A DNA stretch of 64,000 nt from Phycicoccus sp. (GCA_039812375.1 JBDIAO010000003.1:10949-74948), one strand, 5' to 3'. Counted from the first letter of the stretch, positions 9,903-19,619 are shown. Notes: generated from the sequence alone by a model not told the origin. Made by a program: numbers and translations.

Positions 9903-9965
9903 GAGACGGACGGTAGCCCTCAGGAGGTGACGAAGGCGTGCTGAGAACTGCGGTAGCGTCGCACC

Positions 9966-11117
9966 GTGGCAGCGGACTGGAGGGTGTGGGTCGTCGCCGT
10001 CCTCGTCCTCGCCGTCGCGGTCATCGTCCTGCTCTTCGTCATCGGCCTGCTCAAAGAACGTCGGGGAGCCCCGGGCCGACACTCCCCCAAGCGGCCGAGT
10101 CGAGACTCCTTCCGGCAAGACAGCGACGCGCCGCAGGCCCCGCGGAAGCGGGCAGCGGTCGTGGTCAACCCGACGAAGACCGCCGACGTGGCGCACCTGA
10201 CCGCACAGTTGACGGCCGTCATGGCCGCGCACGGCTGGGACACCCCGCTCGTCCTGACCACGACACCCGCAGACCCCGGGCCCGGTCAGGCCCGACAGGC
10301 GATCGACGCCGGGGTGGACCTGGTCTGCGTCCTCGGTGGCGACGGCACCGTGCGGCAGGTGGCCGAGGTCCTCGCCGGCGGCAGTGTGCCCCTCGGCCTA
10401 CTCCCCGGAGGGACCGGGAACCTGTTGGCGCGCAACCTTCAGGTCCCCAAGGACTCCCTCGATGCTGCCGTGGAGATCGCCCTGACCGGGCGCAACCTCC
10501 ACATCGATGTCGGCTGGGTGGTCCTCGACCCGGACACCGCTGCAAGCGACGCAGCCCCCGACGACGGCGTCGCACCCGAGCCGGACACCGCTCCCGACCC
10601 GCCGCAACGGCACGCCTTCCTGGTCATGGCCGGGCTCGGATTCGACGCCGCGACCATGGACGACACCCCGGACGAACTCAAGGCCAGGGTGGGCTGGCCG
10701 GCCTACATCTCCGGCGGGTTGCGCAACCTACTCGGGCGACGCTTCCACACGATCCTGACCGTTGATGACGGTCCGCCACAGCACTTCCGCACCCGCACCG
10801 TCGTCGCCGGCAACTGCGGGCGCCTCACCGGAGGCATCACCTTGATGCCAGATGCGGCAGTCGACGACGGGCTCCTCGACCTCGTGGTCATCTCTCCGAA
10901 GGGACTCGCCGGCTGGGCCGCCGTCGCCGCCCACGTCCTCGCCCAGCGAGCCTCGAAACACGCCCGCCTGGACCGCTTCCGAGCGAGCACGGCACACGTC
11001 ACCGTCGACGAGCCGCAAGCGGTGCAGGCCGACGGCGACGTCCTCGGCGAAGCTGGGAGCATCCTGCTCGAGATCGTCCCCAGGTCGCTGATCGTCCGGG
11101 TCTCCTCGATCCCCTGA
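9966..11117 (+). CDS. diacylglycerol-kinase-family lipid kinase with N-terminal membrane anchor
   Basis: N-terminal TM WVVAVLVLAVAVIVLLFVIGLL. DAGK catalytic motifs VLGGDGTVRQV and LPGGTGNLLARNL. Confidence 0.85.
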   Translation: MAADWRVWVVAVLVLAVAVIVLLFVIGLLKERRGAPGRHSPKRPSRDSFRQDSDAPQAPRKRAAVVVNPTKTADVAHLTAQLTAVMAAHGWDTPLVLTTTPADPGPGQARQAIDAGVDLVCVLGGDGTVRQVAEVLAGGSVPLGLLPGGTGNLLARNLQVPKDSLDAAVEIALTGRNLHIDVGWVVLDPDTAASDAAPDDGVAPEPDTAPDPPQRHAFLVMAGLGFDAATMDDTPDELKARVGWPAYISGGLRNLLGRRFHTILTVDDGPPQHFRTRTVVAGNCGRLTGGITLMPDAAVDDGLLDLVVISPKGLAGWAAVAAHVLAQRASKHARLDRFRASTAHVTVDEPQAVQADGDVLGEAGSILLEIVPRSLIVRVSSIP

Positions 11118-11170
11118 CCGATCCCGAGCCGCTCGGCCCGAATCGGCCGGGGGGCTCCTACCCTGTCCTT

Positions 11171-12115
11171 ATGGGACTGCGAGTGGCCGTGGCGCTGGGT
11201 GCCGGCGGCGCGCGAGGCTACGCCCACATCGGCGTCCTCGACGTCATCGCCGAACGGGGACACGAGGTCGTGACCATCGCAGGGACCTCCATGGGTGCCC
11301 TCGTCGGTGGGATGGCTGCTGCCGGCAAGCTGCCGGCATACACCGACTGGGCCCGGAGCCTGACCCAGACCCAGGTGCTCCGCCTGCTCGACCCGACGAT
11401 CTCCGGGGCGGGCGCGATCCGAGGCGAGCGAGTGATCAGCAAGGTCCGCGAAATCCTCGACGGCGCCCGCATCGAGGAGTGCGCCATCCCGTTCACCGCG
11501 GTCGCCACCGACCTCAACAACCGGCGTGAGGTGTGGTTCCAGCACGGACCGGTGGTCACCGCGATCCGGGCCTCAATCGCCATCCCGAGTGTCATCACCC
11601 CGGTCGTCGTCGGTGGTCGACTCCTCGTCGACGGCGGTCTGATGAACCCGGTCCCGATCACCCCGACTGCGGCGACCCTGTCCGACCTCGTCGTCGCCGT
11701 GTCGCTGCAAGGCCGGGAGCGCCACGGGCCGGTTGCTGACACCCCGCACGAGCCCGCCACCCCGGTGCGGACTCCACACGAGGCGACGACCGGCACCTGG
11801 CGCTCGCTGGCCTCCCGTCTGTCCACCCTGCGCGATGAGTTGCTGCCTGACGAGGAGGAGCCGGAACGCCTCCAAGACGATCCGTGGCGCTATCACCAGG
11901 CTCCCAAGGACGTGACCACCGCGGACGTCTTCAACCGCTCGTTCGACACGATGGCGGCGCTGATCACCCGCTACCGGTTGGCGAGCAGCCCACCTGACGT
12001 CCTCGTCCACATCCCGGTGGACAGCTGCCGGACGATGGAGTTCCACCGGGCCGCCGAGATGATCGCGCTCGGCCGAGATCTGGCCCGCAAGGCGTTCGAT
12101 GCCGCCGGCTACTGA
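11171..12115 (+). CDS. patatin-like phospholipase (RssA-like)
   Basis: Oxyanion loop GAGGARGYAHIG, nucleophile elbow GTSMG, catalytic Asp motif VDGGLMNPVP. Confidence 0.9.
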   Translation: MGLRVAVALGAGGARGYAHIGVLDVIAERGHEVVTIAGTSMGALVGGMAAAGKLPAYTDWARSLTQTQVLRLLDPTISGAGAIRGERVISKVREILDGARIEECAIPFTAVATDLNNRREVWFQHGPVVTAIRASIAIPSVITPVVVGGRLLVDGGLMNPVPITPTAATLSDLVVAVSLQGRERHGPVADTPHEPATPVRTPHEATTGTWRSLASRLSTLRDELLPDEEEPERLQDDPWRYHQAPKDVTTADVFNRSFDTMAALITRYRLASSPPDVLVHIPVDSCRTMEFHRAAEMIALGRDLARKAFDAAGY

Positions 12116-12134
12116 CCGCCGCCGGCTACTGACC
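12101..12134. repeat. perfect 17-nt tandem duplication spanning the patatin stop codon
   Basis: GCCGCCGGCTACTGACC x2 (12101-12117, 12118-12134). The real TGA is at 12113-12115. Confidence 0.9.
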
Positions 12135-12174
12135 GCTGACAGCGCCGATCCTGGTCCGCAGCCGACGAGACCGG

Positions 12175-12951
12175 TCAGCGACCCGTCCAGCGAGGAGCCC
12201 GTCCCTCGGCGAAGGCAGCCGACCCCTCCCGGGCATCCGCGGAGTCAACCAGAGCGTCGTATGCCGGGAAGACCCCCGAGCGCATCGTCGCGAAGTCCGC
12301 GGTGGCGTCATCGTGCAGCCCGCGCATGGCCTGTTTGACCGCAGCCACCGACAGGGGCGCCATCGACGCGATTCGCTCCGCGAGCTCGAGGCTGGCCGCC
12401 ATGAGCTGGTCGGGCGGGACGACTCGATTGACCAGACCCCATCGGGCCGCCTCCTGGGCATCGATGAGTCGACCGGTCAACAACATCTCCATGGCGACGG
12501 CATACGGGACCCGGCGGGGCAGCCGGATGAGCCCACCGGAGTCGGCGATGAGCCCGAGCGAGGCCTCGGTCAGGCCCATCCGGGCACCGTCGGCGGCGAC
12601 GATGAGGTCGGCAGCCAAGGCCAGCTCGAAGCCGCCACCGACAGCCATCCCGTTGACCGCCGCGATGACGGGCTTGTCGAGTTCGAGTTCGGTGAGGCCC
12701 GCGAACCCGCCCGGGCCGTGGTCCGCGTCCGGCGCCTCTCCGGCAGCAGCTGCTTTGAGGTCCCAGCCGGCACTGAAGAAGCGCTGACCAGCACCGGTGA
12801 CGATGCCGACCCGCAGGGCGGGGTCGTCCCGCAGTCGGGTGAAGGCGGCATACATCTCCCGGCTCGTCGCCACGTCGATGGCGTTGGCCTTGGGCCGGTC
12901 GAGAGTGACGACGAGGACCTCACCATGCACGTACGTCTGCACCTCAGACAT
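12175..12951 (-). CDS. enoyl-CoA hydratase / carnitinyl-CoA-dehydratase-like crotonase
   Basis: 258 aa from ATG 12951 (MSEVQTYVHGEVLVVTLDRPKANA). Crotonase blocks FFSAGWDLK and AAVNGMAVGGGFELALAADLIVA. 8-nt overlap with the upstream gene. Confidence 0.85.
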   Translation of the reverse strand: MSEVQTYVHGEVLVVTLDRPKANAIDVATSREMYAAFTRLRDDPALRVGIVTGAGQRFFSAGWDLKAAAAGEAPDADHGPGGFAGLTELELDKPVIAAVNGMAVGGGFELALAADLIVAADGARMGLTEASLGLIADSGGLIRLPRRVPYAVAMEMLLTGRLIDAQEAARWGLVNRVVPPDQLMAASLELAERIASMAPLSVAAVKQAMRGLHDDATADFATMRSGVFPAYDALVDSADAREGSAAFAEGRAPRWTGR

Positions 12952-15085
12952 GGACGGCTCCTCCTGGCTCGGCGATATCCGCCAACTCGACGACATCGCC
13001 GGACTCCACGATGAGTTCCGGCTCCCGGGCAGCGCTCACGGGGGCGGCGACGAGGACGACATCGACGGCGACGACCCCATGTCCATCCGGGAGGACCAGA
13101 ATCGGATTGACCTCGACCTCGGCCAGGTCCGGGGAGCGCTCCAGTCCGGAGGCGAGCGCCAGCACGGCGCCGACGAGCGCGTCGACGTCCCCGGCGGGCC
13201 GGCCGCGGTAGCCACGCAGCACCGGTGCCAGGCGCAGCTGGGACAAGGCGTCCCGCACGTCCGCACCGTGCAGTGATCCGACGAGGGTGACCACGTCGGA
13301 CTCCAGCTCGGTGGTCACTCCACCGGCACCGACGGTGACCACCGTGCCGTGCCCCTCGTCCTTGCGGACCCCGACGAGGATCTCGGCTACCCCGACCGGC
13401 GCCATCTCCTCGACGAGGACCTGCGGATGCAGGTGGGCCATGGCCCGCGCGGCGGAGGCCACCGCCTCCGGGGTGTACAGGTCGAGGGCCACGCCACCGA
13501 CGTCGGACTTGTGCAGCAGGGCAGCTGCCGTCTTGACGACGACGGGCAGCCGCATGCTCCCCGCGAGCTGCGCTGCATCCTCGATCGCGGCGACACCCCG
13601 CCGCGGGCTGGGGATCCCGGCAGCCGCCAGCCAGGCATAGCCGTCCGCGGTGGGCAAGCCGGCACCGGAGTGCTGAGTCGGTCGGTGGGCGGCCTTGGTT
13701 CCCCGGTCGAGGACGGCCCGTCGGCCCTGGGTGGCAGCGACGACGGTGCACACCGCCGCCAGTCCCTCCCTGATGCCTCGTAGCGGCGCCACCCCCTGCT
13801 CCAACAGCCGCGCCGCCGTGACCGGCGACAGACTCTCCCCGATCGAGGCGAGCACCGCCGAGGGGCCGGTGTGCGCCTGCGCGGCCGAGCACCAGGCCGA
13901 AAGGGTGGCCTCCCAGGCCGCGGGGTCGCAGCGGTCGGCCCGCGGCTCGTCGAGGACGAGGATCCGCAGCGCGGCATCGACCTGAGCGACGCCGTCGAAC
14001 AAGCGTCGTAGCGTGTCCTCCTGCCCCCAGGCGTACGTGTGGTAGTCGAGCGGGTTGTCCACGGTGACCCGGTCGCCGAGGACCTCGCCGATCCGGTCTC
14101 GATCTGCGACGCTGAGCTCGGGCATGGCGATCCCGGTGGCCTCCGCCACGTCGGCGACCAGGGCGGCTTCTCCGCCGCTGCAGCTCGCCGACACGATGCT
14201 CGCCTCGGGCAGCTCCGGCACGACGTGCGCCAGGACCAGCGCCTCGAGGAGCTGGGACACGTCGTCCACCTCGGCGAACCCGCACCTGCGCAGCACGGCC
14301 GCCGCCACCGCGCTGTCCCCGGCGAGCGAGCCGGTGTGAGTGGCATTGGCGCGCGCGCCCTGCCGGCTGCGCCCGGTCCGGAGCACGATGACCGGCTTGC
14401 CCGCTGCTGCCGCACGCTGCGCCACCGGTAGCAGTTCGGGCAGGGGCGGGACCTGCTCCATGTGCACCCCGACCGCACTCACGCGCGGGGAGTCGACCAT
14501 GGCGCCGATCACCTCGGCCAGGGTCGTGACCGCCTGGTTGCCCATCGAGAACACCGCAGCCACGGGCAGGCCCCGTTGCTGCATGGTCAGGTTGAGCGCG
14601 ATGTTGCCGCTCTGAGTCACAAACGCCACACCGGACCCCTCGACGCGTCCTCCACCCTGCTGGTCCGGCCACAGCGCAGCCCCGGTGACGTAGTCGATGA
14701 CTCCCATGCAGTTGGGGCCGATGACCGGCATCACGCCTGCCGCGACCCGCAGCCGCTGCTGACGGGCCCGGCCTAGCTCGCCGGTCTCCCCAAACCCCGA
14801 GGCGTGACAGACCGCACCGCCGCACCCCCGTGCCGACAGCTGCTCGACGACGTCGATGGTCGCCTCAGCCGCGACGCCGATGAACGCGGCGTCCGGCACC
14901 CCGGGCAGATCGGCGACACTGCGATATGCCTTCAGCCCGCCGACCTGCTCCCGGGTGGGGTGGACCGGCCACAGCTCACCGGCATACCCCAGGAGAGCGC
15001 ACTGCCTGATGACCCCCTCAGCCGCGGCCCCGCCGACCACCGCGATACTCCGGGGATCGAGCAGTCGGCCCAGAGAGGATGTCAT
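12944..15085 (-). CDS. ADP-forming (NDP-forming) acyl-CoA synthetase, fused alpha/beta type
   Basis: 713 aa. CoA-binding N-terminus SIAVVGGAAAEG...PVIGPNCMGVI, a ligase-CoA domain, and a C-terminal ATP-grasp PVVVKTAAALLHKSDVGGVALDL. Confidence 0.85.
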   Translation of the reverse strand: MTSSLGRLLDPRSIAVVGGAAAEGVIRQCALLGYAGELWPVHPTREQVGGLKAYRSVADLPGVPDAAFIGVAAEATIDVVEQLSARGCGGAVCHASGFGETGELGRARQQRLRVAAGVMPVIGPNCMGVIDYVTGAALWPDQQGGGRVEGSGVAFVTQSGNIALNLTMQQRGLPVAAVFSMGNQAVTTLAEVIGAMVDSPRVSAVGVHMEQVPPLPELLPVAQRAAAAGKPVIVLRTGRSRQGARANATHTGSLAGDSAVAAAVLRRCGFAEVDDVSQLLEALVLAHVVPELPEASIVSASCSGGEAALVADVAEATGIAMPELSVADRDRIGEVLGDRVTVDNPLDYHTYAWGQEDTLRRLFDGVAQVDAALRILVLDEPRADRCDPAAWEATLSAWCSAAQAHTGPSAVLASIGESLSPVTAARLLEQGVAPLRGIREGLAAVCTVVAATQGRRAVLDRGTKAAHRPTQHSGAGLPTADGYAWLAAAGIPSPRRGVAAIEDAAQLAGSMRLPVVVKTAAALLHKSDVGGVALDLYTPEAVASAARAMAHLHPQVLVEEMAPVGVAEILVGVRKDEGHGTVVTVGAGGVTTELESDVVTLVGSLHGADVRDALSQLRLAPVLRGYRGRPAGDVDALVGAVLALASGLERSPDLAEVEVNPILVLPDGHGVVAVDVVLVAAPVSAAREPELIVESGDVVELADIAEPGGAVHV

Positions 15086-16242
15086 GCCCCGAGCGGGCGC
15101 AGCATCGCCCTGGAGATGATGTGCCGCTGGATCTCGCTCGTGCCGTCCCAGATCCGGTCCACTCGGGCGTCACGCCACATCCGCTCCAGCGGCAGCTGCC
15201 CCATCAGGCCCATTCCGCCGAGGATCTGCACCGCCTTGTCGGTGACCCGGCCCAGGGTCTCGGAGGCGAAGAGCTTGGCCATGGCGATCTCAGAGTCGGT
15301 GACCGTTCCGTCGTCGATGTGCGCGGCGGCGCGCAGGGTGAGCAGTTCGGCGGCGTCGAGTTCGACGGCCATGTCGGCGAGCTGGAAGGACACTCCTTGG
15401 AATGCCCCGATCGGCTTCCCGAACTGCTTGCGGGTCGCCGCCCACTCGGTGGCGATCCGCAGCGCCCGCCGGCCTTTCCCTACGCTGGTCGCGGCGACCG
15501 CGAGCCGGGTGGCTCCCAGCCAGGTGCCCATGAGCTCGAACCCGCGGCCCTCCTCACCCAGGAGCTGCCATCCGGGGATCCGGCACGCCTCGAAGGTCAG
15601 GTCGCTTTGGTGGTAGCCGCGGTTGGACACGCAGTCGGTGTGGGTCAGTACGGACAGGCCGGGGGTGTCCAGGTCGACCAGGAATGCCGAGATCCGGGCC
15701 TTGGGCCCCTTAGTGGTCTCTTCGGTCCCGGTCGCCGCGAAGAGGATGACGAAGTCGGAGACGTCGGCGTGGCTGATGAAATGCTTGGTTCCGGTGATCA
15801 CCCAGTCGTCGCCGTCGCGCACGGCTCGGGTGCGCATGGAACGCACGTCGGAGCCGGCCTCCGGCTCGGTCATCGCCAGGCAGTCAACCTTCTCCCCACG
15901 GATCGTCGGCAGGAGGTACTCCTCGCGCTGGCGTCCGACACAGCCCTGGAGGATATTGCTGGGTCGGGTCACCAGCGACTGGAGGGCGAAGCTTGTGGCG
16001 CCGAGCTCACGCTCGACGAGGGTCATCGAGACGGCATCGAGACCGCCGCCGCCGAGCTCCTCGGGCATGTTCGCGGCATACAGTCCAGCCCGGATCGCCT
16101 TGCCCCGGATGCTGCTCGCGAGCTCGGTGGGCACGTCGCCGAGACGCTCGACCTCCTCCTCGTGCGGGATGAGTTCGGCCTCGACGAAACGTCGCACGGT
16201 CGCGACGATGGCACGCTGCTCTTCACTGAGTGAGAAGTCCAC
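15082..16242 (-). CDS. acyl-CoA dehydrogenase
   Basis: 386 aa from GTG 16242 (VDFSLSEEQRAIV), with AAGGA 8 nt upstream. Blocks CLAMTEPEAGSDV, QILGGMGLM and RIWDGTSEIQRHIISR. Confidence 0.9.
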   Translation of the reverse strand: MDFSLSEEQRAIVATVRRFVEAELIPHEEEVERLGDVPTELASSIRGKAIRAGLYAANMPEELGGGGLDAVSMTLVERELGATSFALQSLVTRPSNILQGCVGRQREEYLLPTIRGEKVDCLAMTEPEAGSDVRSMRTRAVRDGDDWVITGTKHFISHADVSDFVILFAATGTEETTKGPKARISAFLVDLDTPGLSVLTHTDCVSNRGYHQSDLTFEACRIPGWQLLGEEGRGFELMGTWLGATRLAVAATSVGKGRRALRIATEWAATRKQFGKPIGAFQGVSFQLADMAVELDAAELLTLRAAAHIDDGTVTDSEIAMAKLFASETLGRVTDKAVQILGGMGLMGQLPLERMWRDARVDRIWDGTSEIQRHIISRAMLRPLGA

Positions 16243-16255
16243 GACCGTGATCCTT

Positions 16256-17788
16256 TCACGCGGTGCTGACCGCGCGGATGGCCCGTCCGGCGGCGACCGG
16301 GGTGGGCAGCCCGGCGTGGGCTGAGACGATGGCCCGCAGCCGTTCCTGCAGGTCCGCGGGCATGGGCACGACCCCGCCACCGTTGAGGTCGACGTGCAGC
16401 AGCATCTGCTCACCGGTGGCGAGTAGGGCCCCGGTGTCCGCATTCGTCATGACATGCATGATATGAACGCGCTTGGCGTCGGCGCCGAGCACGTGCAGGG
16501 TGAGGGTGACCCGGTCACCCAGGCCGGCCTCACCGGTGTGCACGATGTGGGTCTCGACACTGAACAGGGAGTGGCCAGCCTCGCGGTAGGCCTCGTTGAC
16601 CCCGAGGTACCGGAAGAAGGCGTCGGCGTTGTCCCCGAAGGCGAGCAGGAAGCACGACTCGCTCATGTGGTCGTTGTAGTCGACCCAGGCGGTCGGCACG
16701 ATCGCCTGGTGCAACTGCAGCGGGGCCTCGATGACATCGGGGTCCCAGGGCCGTCCCGGCATCCCCTCGTATGGGGTGTGCACCCGTCCGTCCCCCGGTT
16801 CGGCTTCGGAGGAACCGGGCAACCATGCGGCGCACCCGAGGATGGCGCCGGCCTCGACCGCTGCTGCCGCATCCTCCGTGAGCACTAGGGACGTGGCGGA
16901 GTCCGTCGGGTCAGCGACGACCACGAGTGCGCCCAAGCTGGCGACGTCGACGAGCACCTGGTCCCAGTGCCGGTACTGCACGTCGTGTTCCTCACCGGCG
17001 TGCACGACGAGGCGGGCCGTCGCTGGCAGCGTCTCCTGCCACCGATGAGCGTGCACGAGCGGGACGACGGGGTCGTCGGCGCCCCAGAGCAGGAAGACCG
17101 GTGCCGTGAGGGCGGTCAGGTCAGGACAGTGCCACTGACTGAGGACGTCGAACTCCCGCTGCAACCCCAGTGCCGGGATCATCGAGCCTTGGGTGAACCG
17201 AGCCCGGGTCGCCTCGTCGACGACGGCCTGCGCGAAGCCGGGTATGCGGTGCACCGGACTGTGTGGACCGTAGGTCCACCAGCTCACCGGATCGTTCTCG
17301 GCCAGAGCGAGCCACTGGGCAGGAACGTCGAGACCGAGGTCGGTCACGGCGCAGGCCAGGTGCAGCGAGCGCACCGACTCTGGGCGTGTCGCAACGATCT
17401 GCGCGGCATACGGCCCGCCGCCGGAGATCCCACCTACCGAGGGCGTGCTGATCCCCAAGGTGTCGAGCAGCTCCCACACGTCTCCCGCGAAAGACTCGAT
17501 CGTTGCGCTGTCGTCGAAGACGGTGCCGCCGAGCCCGTTGCGCTCCACCCCGAGCAGGCGAACCCCCAGCCGGCGGCGCACCGTGGCGGTGAACTCGAGG
17601 AGCTCCAGAGCCCGCACACTGGTCCCGCCACCGGTGAAGATGACCAGGGGTATGCCGTCCGCCGGCCCGGTGTCGACATAGCGCAGGGTGCGACCACCGG
17701 AGGTGGTGTACTCGAACTCAGTCAGGGCGAGCCGGTCGAAGCGAGCCGGGACGTCGAGCGGCCCCGCCCGCAGCAGACGAGCGGTCAT
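16256..17788 (-). CDS. alpha/beta-hydrolase fused to a C-terminal hotdog (4HBT-type) thioesterase
   Basis: The N-terminal roughly 300 aa carry the nucleophile elbow GGISGGGPY and HAGEEHD near the catalytic His region. The C-terminal roughly 140 aa (WVDYNDHMSESCF...SVETHIVHTGEAGLGDRV...) are clearly paralogous to the stand-alone thioesterase at 26153..26575. Confidence 0.8.
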   Translation of the reverse strand: MTARLLRAGPLDVPARFDRLALTEFEYTTSGGRTLRYVDTGPADGIPLVIFTGGGTSVRALELLEFTATVRRRLGVRLLGVERNGLGGTVFDDSATIESFAGDVWELLDTLGISTPSVGGISGGGPYAAQIVATRPESVRSLHLACAVTDLGLDVPAQWLALAENDPVSWWTYGPHSPVHRIPGFAQAVVDEATRARFTQGSMIPALGLQREFDVLSQWHCPDLTALTAPVFLLWGADDPVVPLVHAHRWQETLPATARLVVHAGEEHDVQYRHWDQVLVDVASLGALVVVADPTDSATSLVLTEDAAAAVEAGAILGCAAWLPGSSEAEPGDGRVHTPYEGMPGRPWDPDVIEAPLQLHQAIVPTAWVDYNDHMSESCFLLAFGDNADAFFRYLGVNEAYREAGHSLFSVETHIVHTGEAGLGDRVTLTLHVLGADAKRVHIMHVMTNADTGALLATGEQMLLHVDLNGGGVVPMPADLQERLRAIVSAHAGLPTPVAAGRAIRAVSTA

Positions 17789-19617
17789 GCAGCCCCGTCC
17801 GTGCCGTCCGACTCGACCAGGCCCTCGGTCGCCTCGGGAACGGCGGCGTCGAAGCTCGGGGTCGAGGCGATCAGGGAGCGGGTGTAGGCGTGCTGCGGGT
17901 TGGCGAAGATGTCCTCCACCCCACCCATCTCGACAATTCGTCCCTTCTCCAGGATCGCCACCCGCTGGGCAATGTTGCGCACCAGCGCGATGTTGTGCGT
18001 GATGAACACCAGGGTCAGACCCAGCTCACTCTGCAGCCGGCGCAGCAGGCTGACCAACGAGGACTGCACCGAGACGTCGAGCGCGGAGGTGATTTCGTCA
18101 CAGATGAGCACCTCAGGATCCGTGGCCAGTGCCCGCGCGATCGCGACCCGCTGCCGCTCCCCACCGGAGAGCTGGTGCGGGTAGCGCCGTGCATAGTCGG
18201 GGCGCAACGAGGCCAATTCGAGGGCGTTCGCGACGACCTCGTCGGGATTGCTCGGCTTGCGACCTACGGCGGCGAGGGGCCCCAGGACGAGGTCGCTGAC
18301 CAGGCGACGGGGGTTGAGCGACTCGTAGGGGTTCTGGAAGATGTATTGCAGCTTCCGACGCTGCTCCTTGGTCCGTTTGAAACTGCTCGCCGCGATGACC
18401 TCACCGTCGAGTTGGATCTGGCCCTGGTAGTCCGGCATCAGTCCGGCGATGCATCGGGCCAGGGTCGTCTTGCCCGAGCCGGACTCGCCGAGCAGGGCCA
18501 GGCACTCGGCCTTGCTCGCATGCAGGGTCATGTCCTCGAGGATGATCTTCTTGCCGTAGCCGGCCTTGACGTTGCTGATCTGCAGGACCACGGGCGCATC
18601 CTCGCGGACCTGGCTCGCCGGACTGGCCACCACTGGGACCGGGACCGGCTCGCCGGCGTGCCAGCACTCGGCCATGTGGTCGTTCTCGGTGACCACCCGG
18701 GGTGGCTGCTCCGTGCGGCAGCGGTCGTCGGCCAGTGGGCAGCGCGGCGAGAAGGAGCACCCTTGCGGCCGGGCCAGTGGCGACGGGGCATGCCCTGGGA
18801 TGCCGACCATGGGTCGCTTGCCATCGAGGTCGGGGACGGCCAGCAGCAGCCGGGTGGTGTAGGGGTGCTGCGGGTTCCCAGTGACCTGCGACGTGGGCCC
18901 GACCTCGACGACCCGTCCGGAATAGAGCACCGCGACGGAGTCCGCGAGTTCGGCGACGACGGCCAGGTCATGGGTGATGTAGACGGCCGCGCAGTGGTAC
19001 GTGCGACACATGTCCTTGACGGTCTCCAGAACATGCTTCTGGGTGCTCACGTCCAGGCCGGTCGTCGGCTCGTCGAGGACGAGGACGCCCGGGCGTGAGG
19101 TGAAGGCCATCGCGATCGCCACTCGCTGTTGCTGTCCGCCGGAGAGCTGGTGCGGATACCGGGCGAGGAACTCGTCGGTGTCGGGCAGGGCCACTTCGCG
19201 CAGCACTTCCCGCACCCGCTCGAGCACGCTCGCATCGTCACCGCTGAGGCACTCGGCGAGCTGGGTGCGGATCCGCAGAGCGGGGTTGAGCGCAGAGGCC
19301 GGGGACTGCGGAATGTAGGCGATGTCTCGCCCGCGCAGGTCGCGGACCTCCCGGTTACTCAGCCGCGCCAGGTCGTGTCCACGGACGACGATATCCCCGG
19401 CGGCGAGCTCGGTGCCGGGCTTGCAGTAGCGCAGCAGCGCCAGCCCGAGCGTCGTCTTGCCCGACCCGGATTCGCCGACAAGGCCGAGGATCTCCCCTGG
19501 CTTGAGGGTGACCTCGATGTCGTCGACGATGAAGGCCATCGAGGGGACCCCGATGATCCGCATTCCCTCGACGGTGAGCGAGTTATCGATCGGGGGGGTG
19601 GTGTCCACGGTCGTCAT
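17785..19617 (-). CDS. ABC transporter ATP-binding protein, fused double ATPase (DppD/DppF-like)
   Basis: 610 aa from ATG 19617 (MTTVDTTPPIDN). Two cassettes: GESGSGKTT/LSGGQQQRV and GESGSGKTT/LSGGERQRV. Cys-rich oligopeptide-type C-terminal extension GCSFSPRCPLADDRC. Confidence 0.9.
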   Translation of the reverse strand: MTTVDTTPPIDNSLTVEGMRIIGVPSMAFIVDDIEVTLKPGEILGLVGESGSGKTTLGLALLRYCKPGTELAAGDIVVRGHDLARLSNREVRDLRGRDIAYIPQSPASALNPALRIRTQLAECLSGDDASVLERVREVLREVALPDTDEFLARYPHQLSGGQQQRVAIAMAFTSRPGVLVLDEPTTGLDVSTQKHVLETVKDMCRTYHCAAVYITHDLAVVAELADSVAVLYSGRVVEVGPTSQVTGNPQHPYTTRLLLAVPDLDGKRPMVGIPGHAPSPLARPQGCSFSPRCPLADDRCRTEQPPRVVTENDHMAECWHAGEPVPVPVVASPASQVREDAPVVLQISNVKAGYGKKIILEDMTLHASKAECLALLGESGSGKTTLARCIAGLMPDYQGQIQLDGEVIAASSFKRTKEQRRKLQYIFQNPYESLNPRRLVSDLVLGPLAAVGRKPSNPDEVVANALELASLRPDYARRYPHQLSGGERQRVAIARALATDPEVLICDEITSALDVSVQSSLVSLLRRLQSELGLTLVFITHNIALVRNIAQRVAILEKGRIVEMGGVEDIFANPQHAYTRSLIASTPSFDAAVPEATEGLVESDGTDGAA

Positions 19618-19619
19618 GA

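Noticed and set aside
9381-10232. 283-aa version of the DinB-like ORF
   Set aside because: The N-terminal 110 aa overlap the divergent DAG-kinase-like gene region and are low-complexity (the DDEEQDDDRDGEDEDGDD run is antisense to a TM helix). ATG 9902 gives a standard ~170-aa DinB-fold protein.
12570-14825. 751-aa minus-strand ORF in an alternative frame inside the acyl-CoA synthetase gene
   Set aside because: It shares strand and region with ORF 12944..15085, which has CoA-binding and ATP-grasp motifs. The alternative frame is extremely Arg/Pro/Gly-rich (RRRR, GRGR runs).
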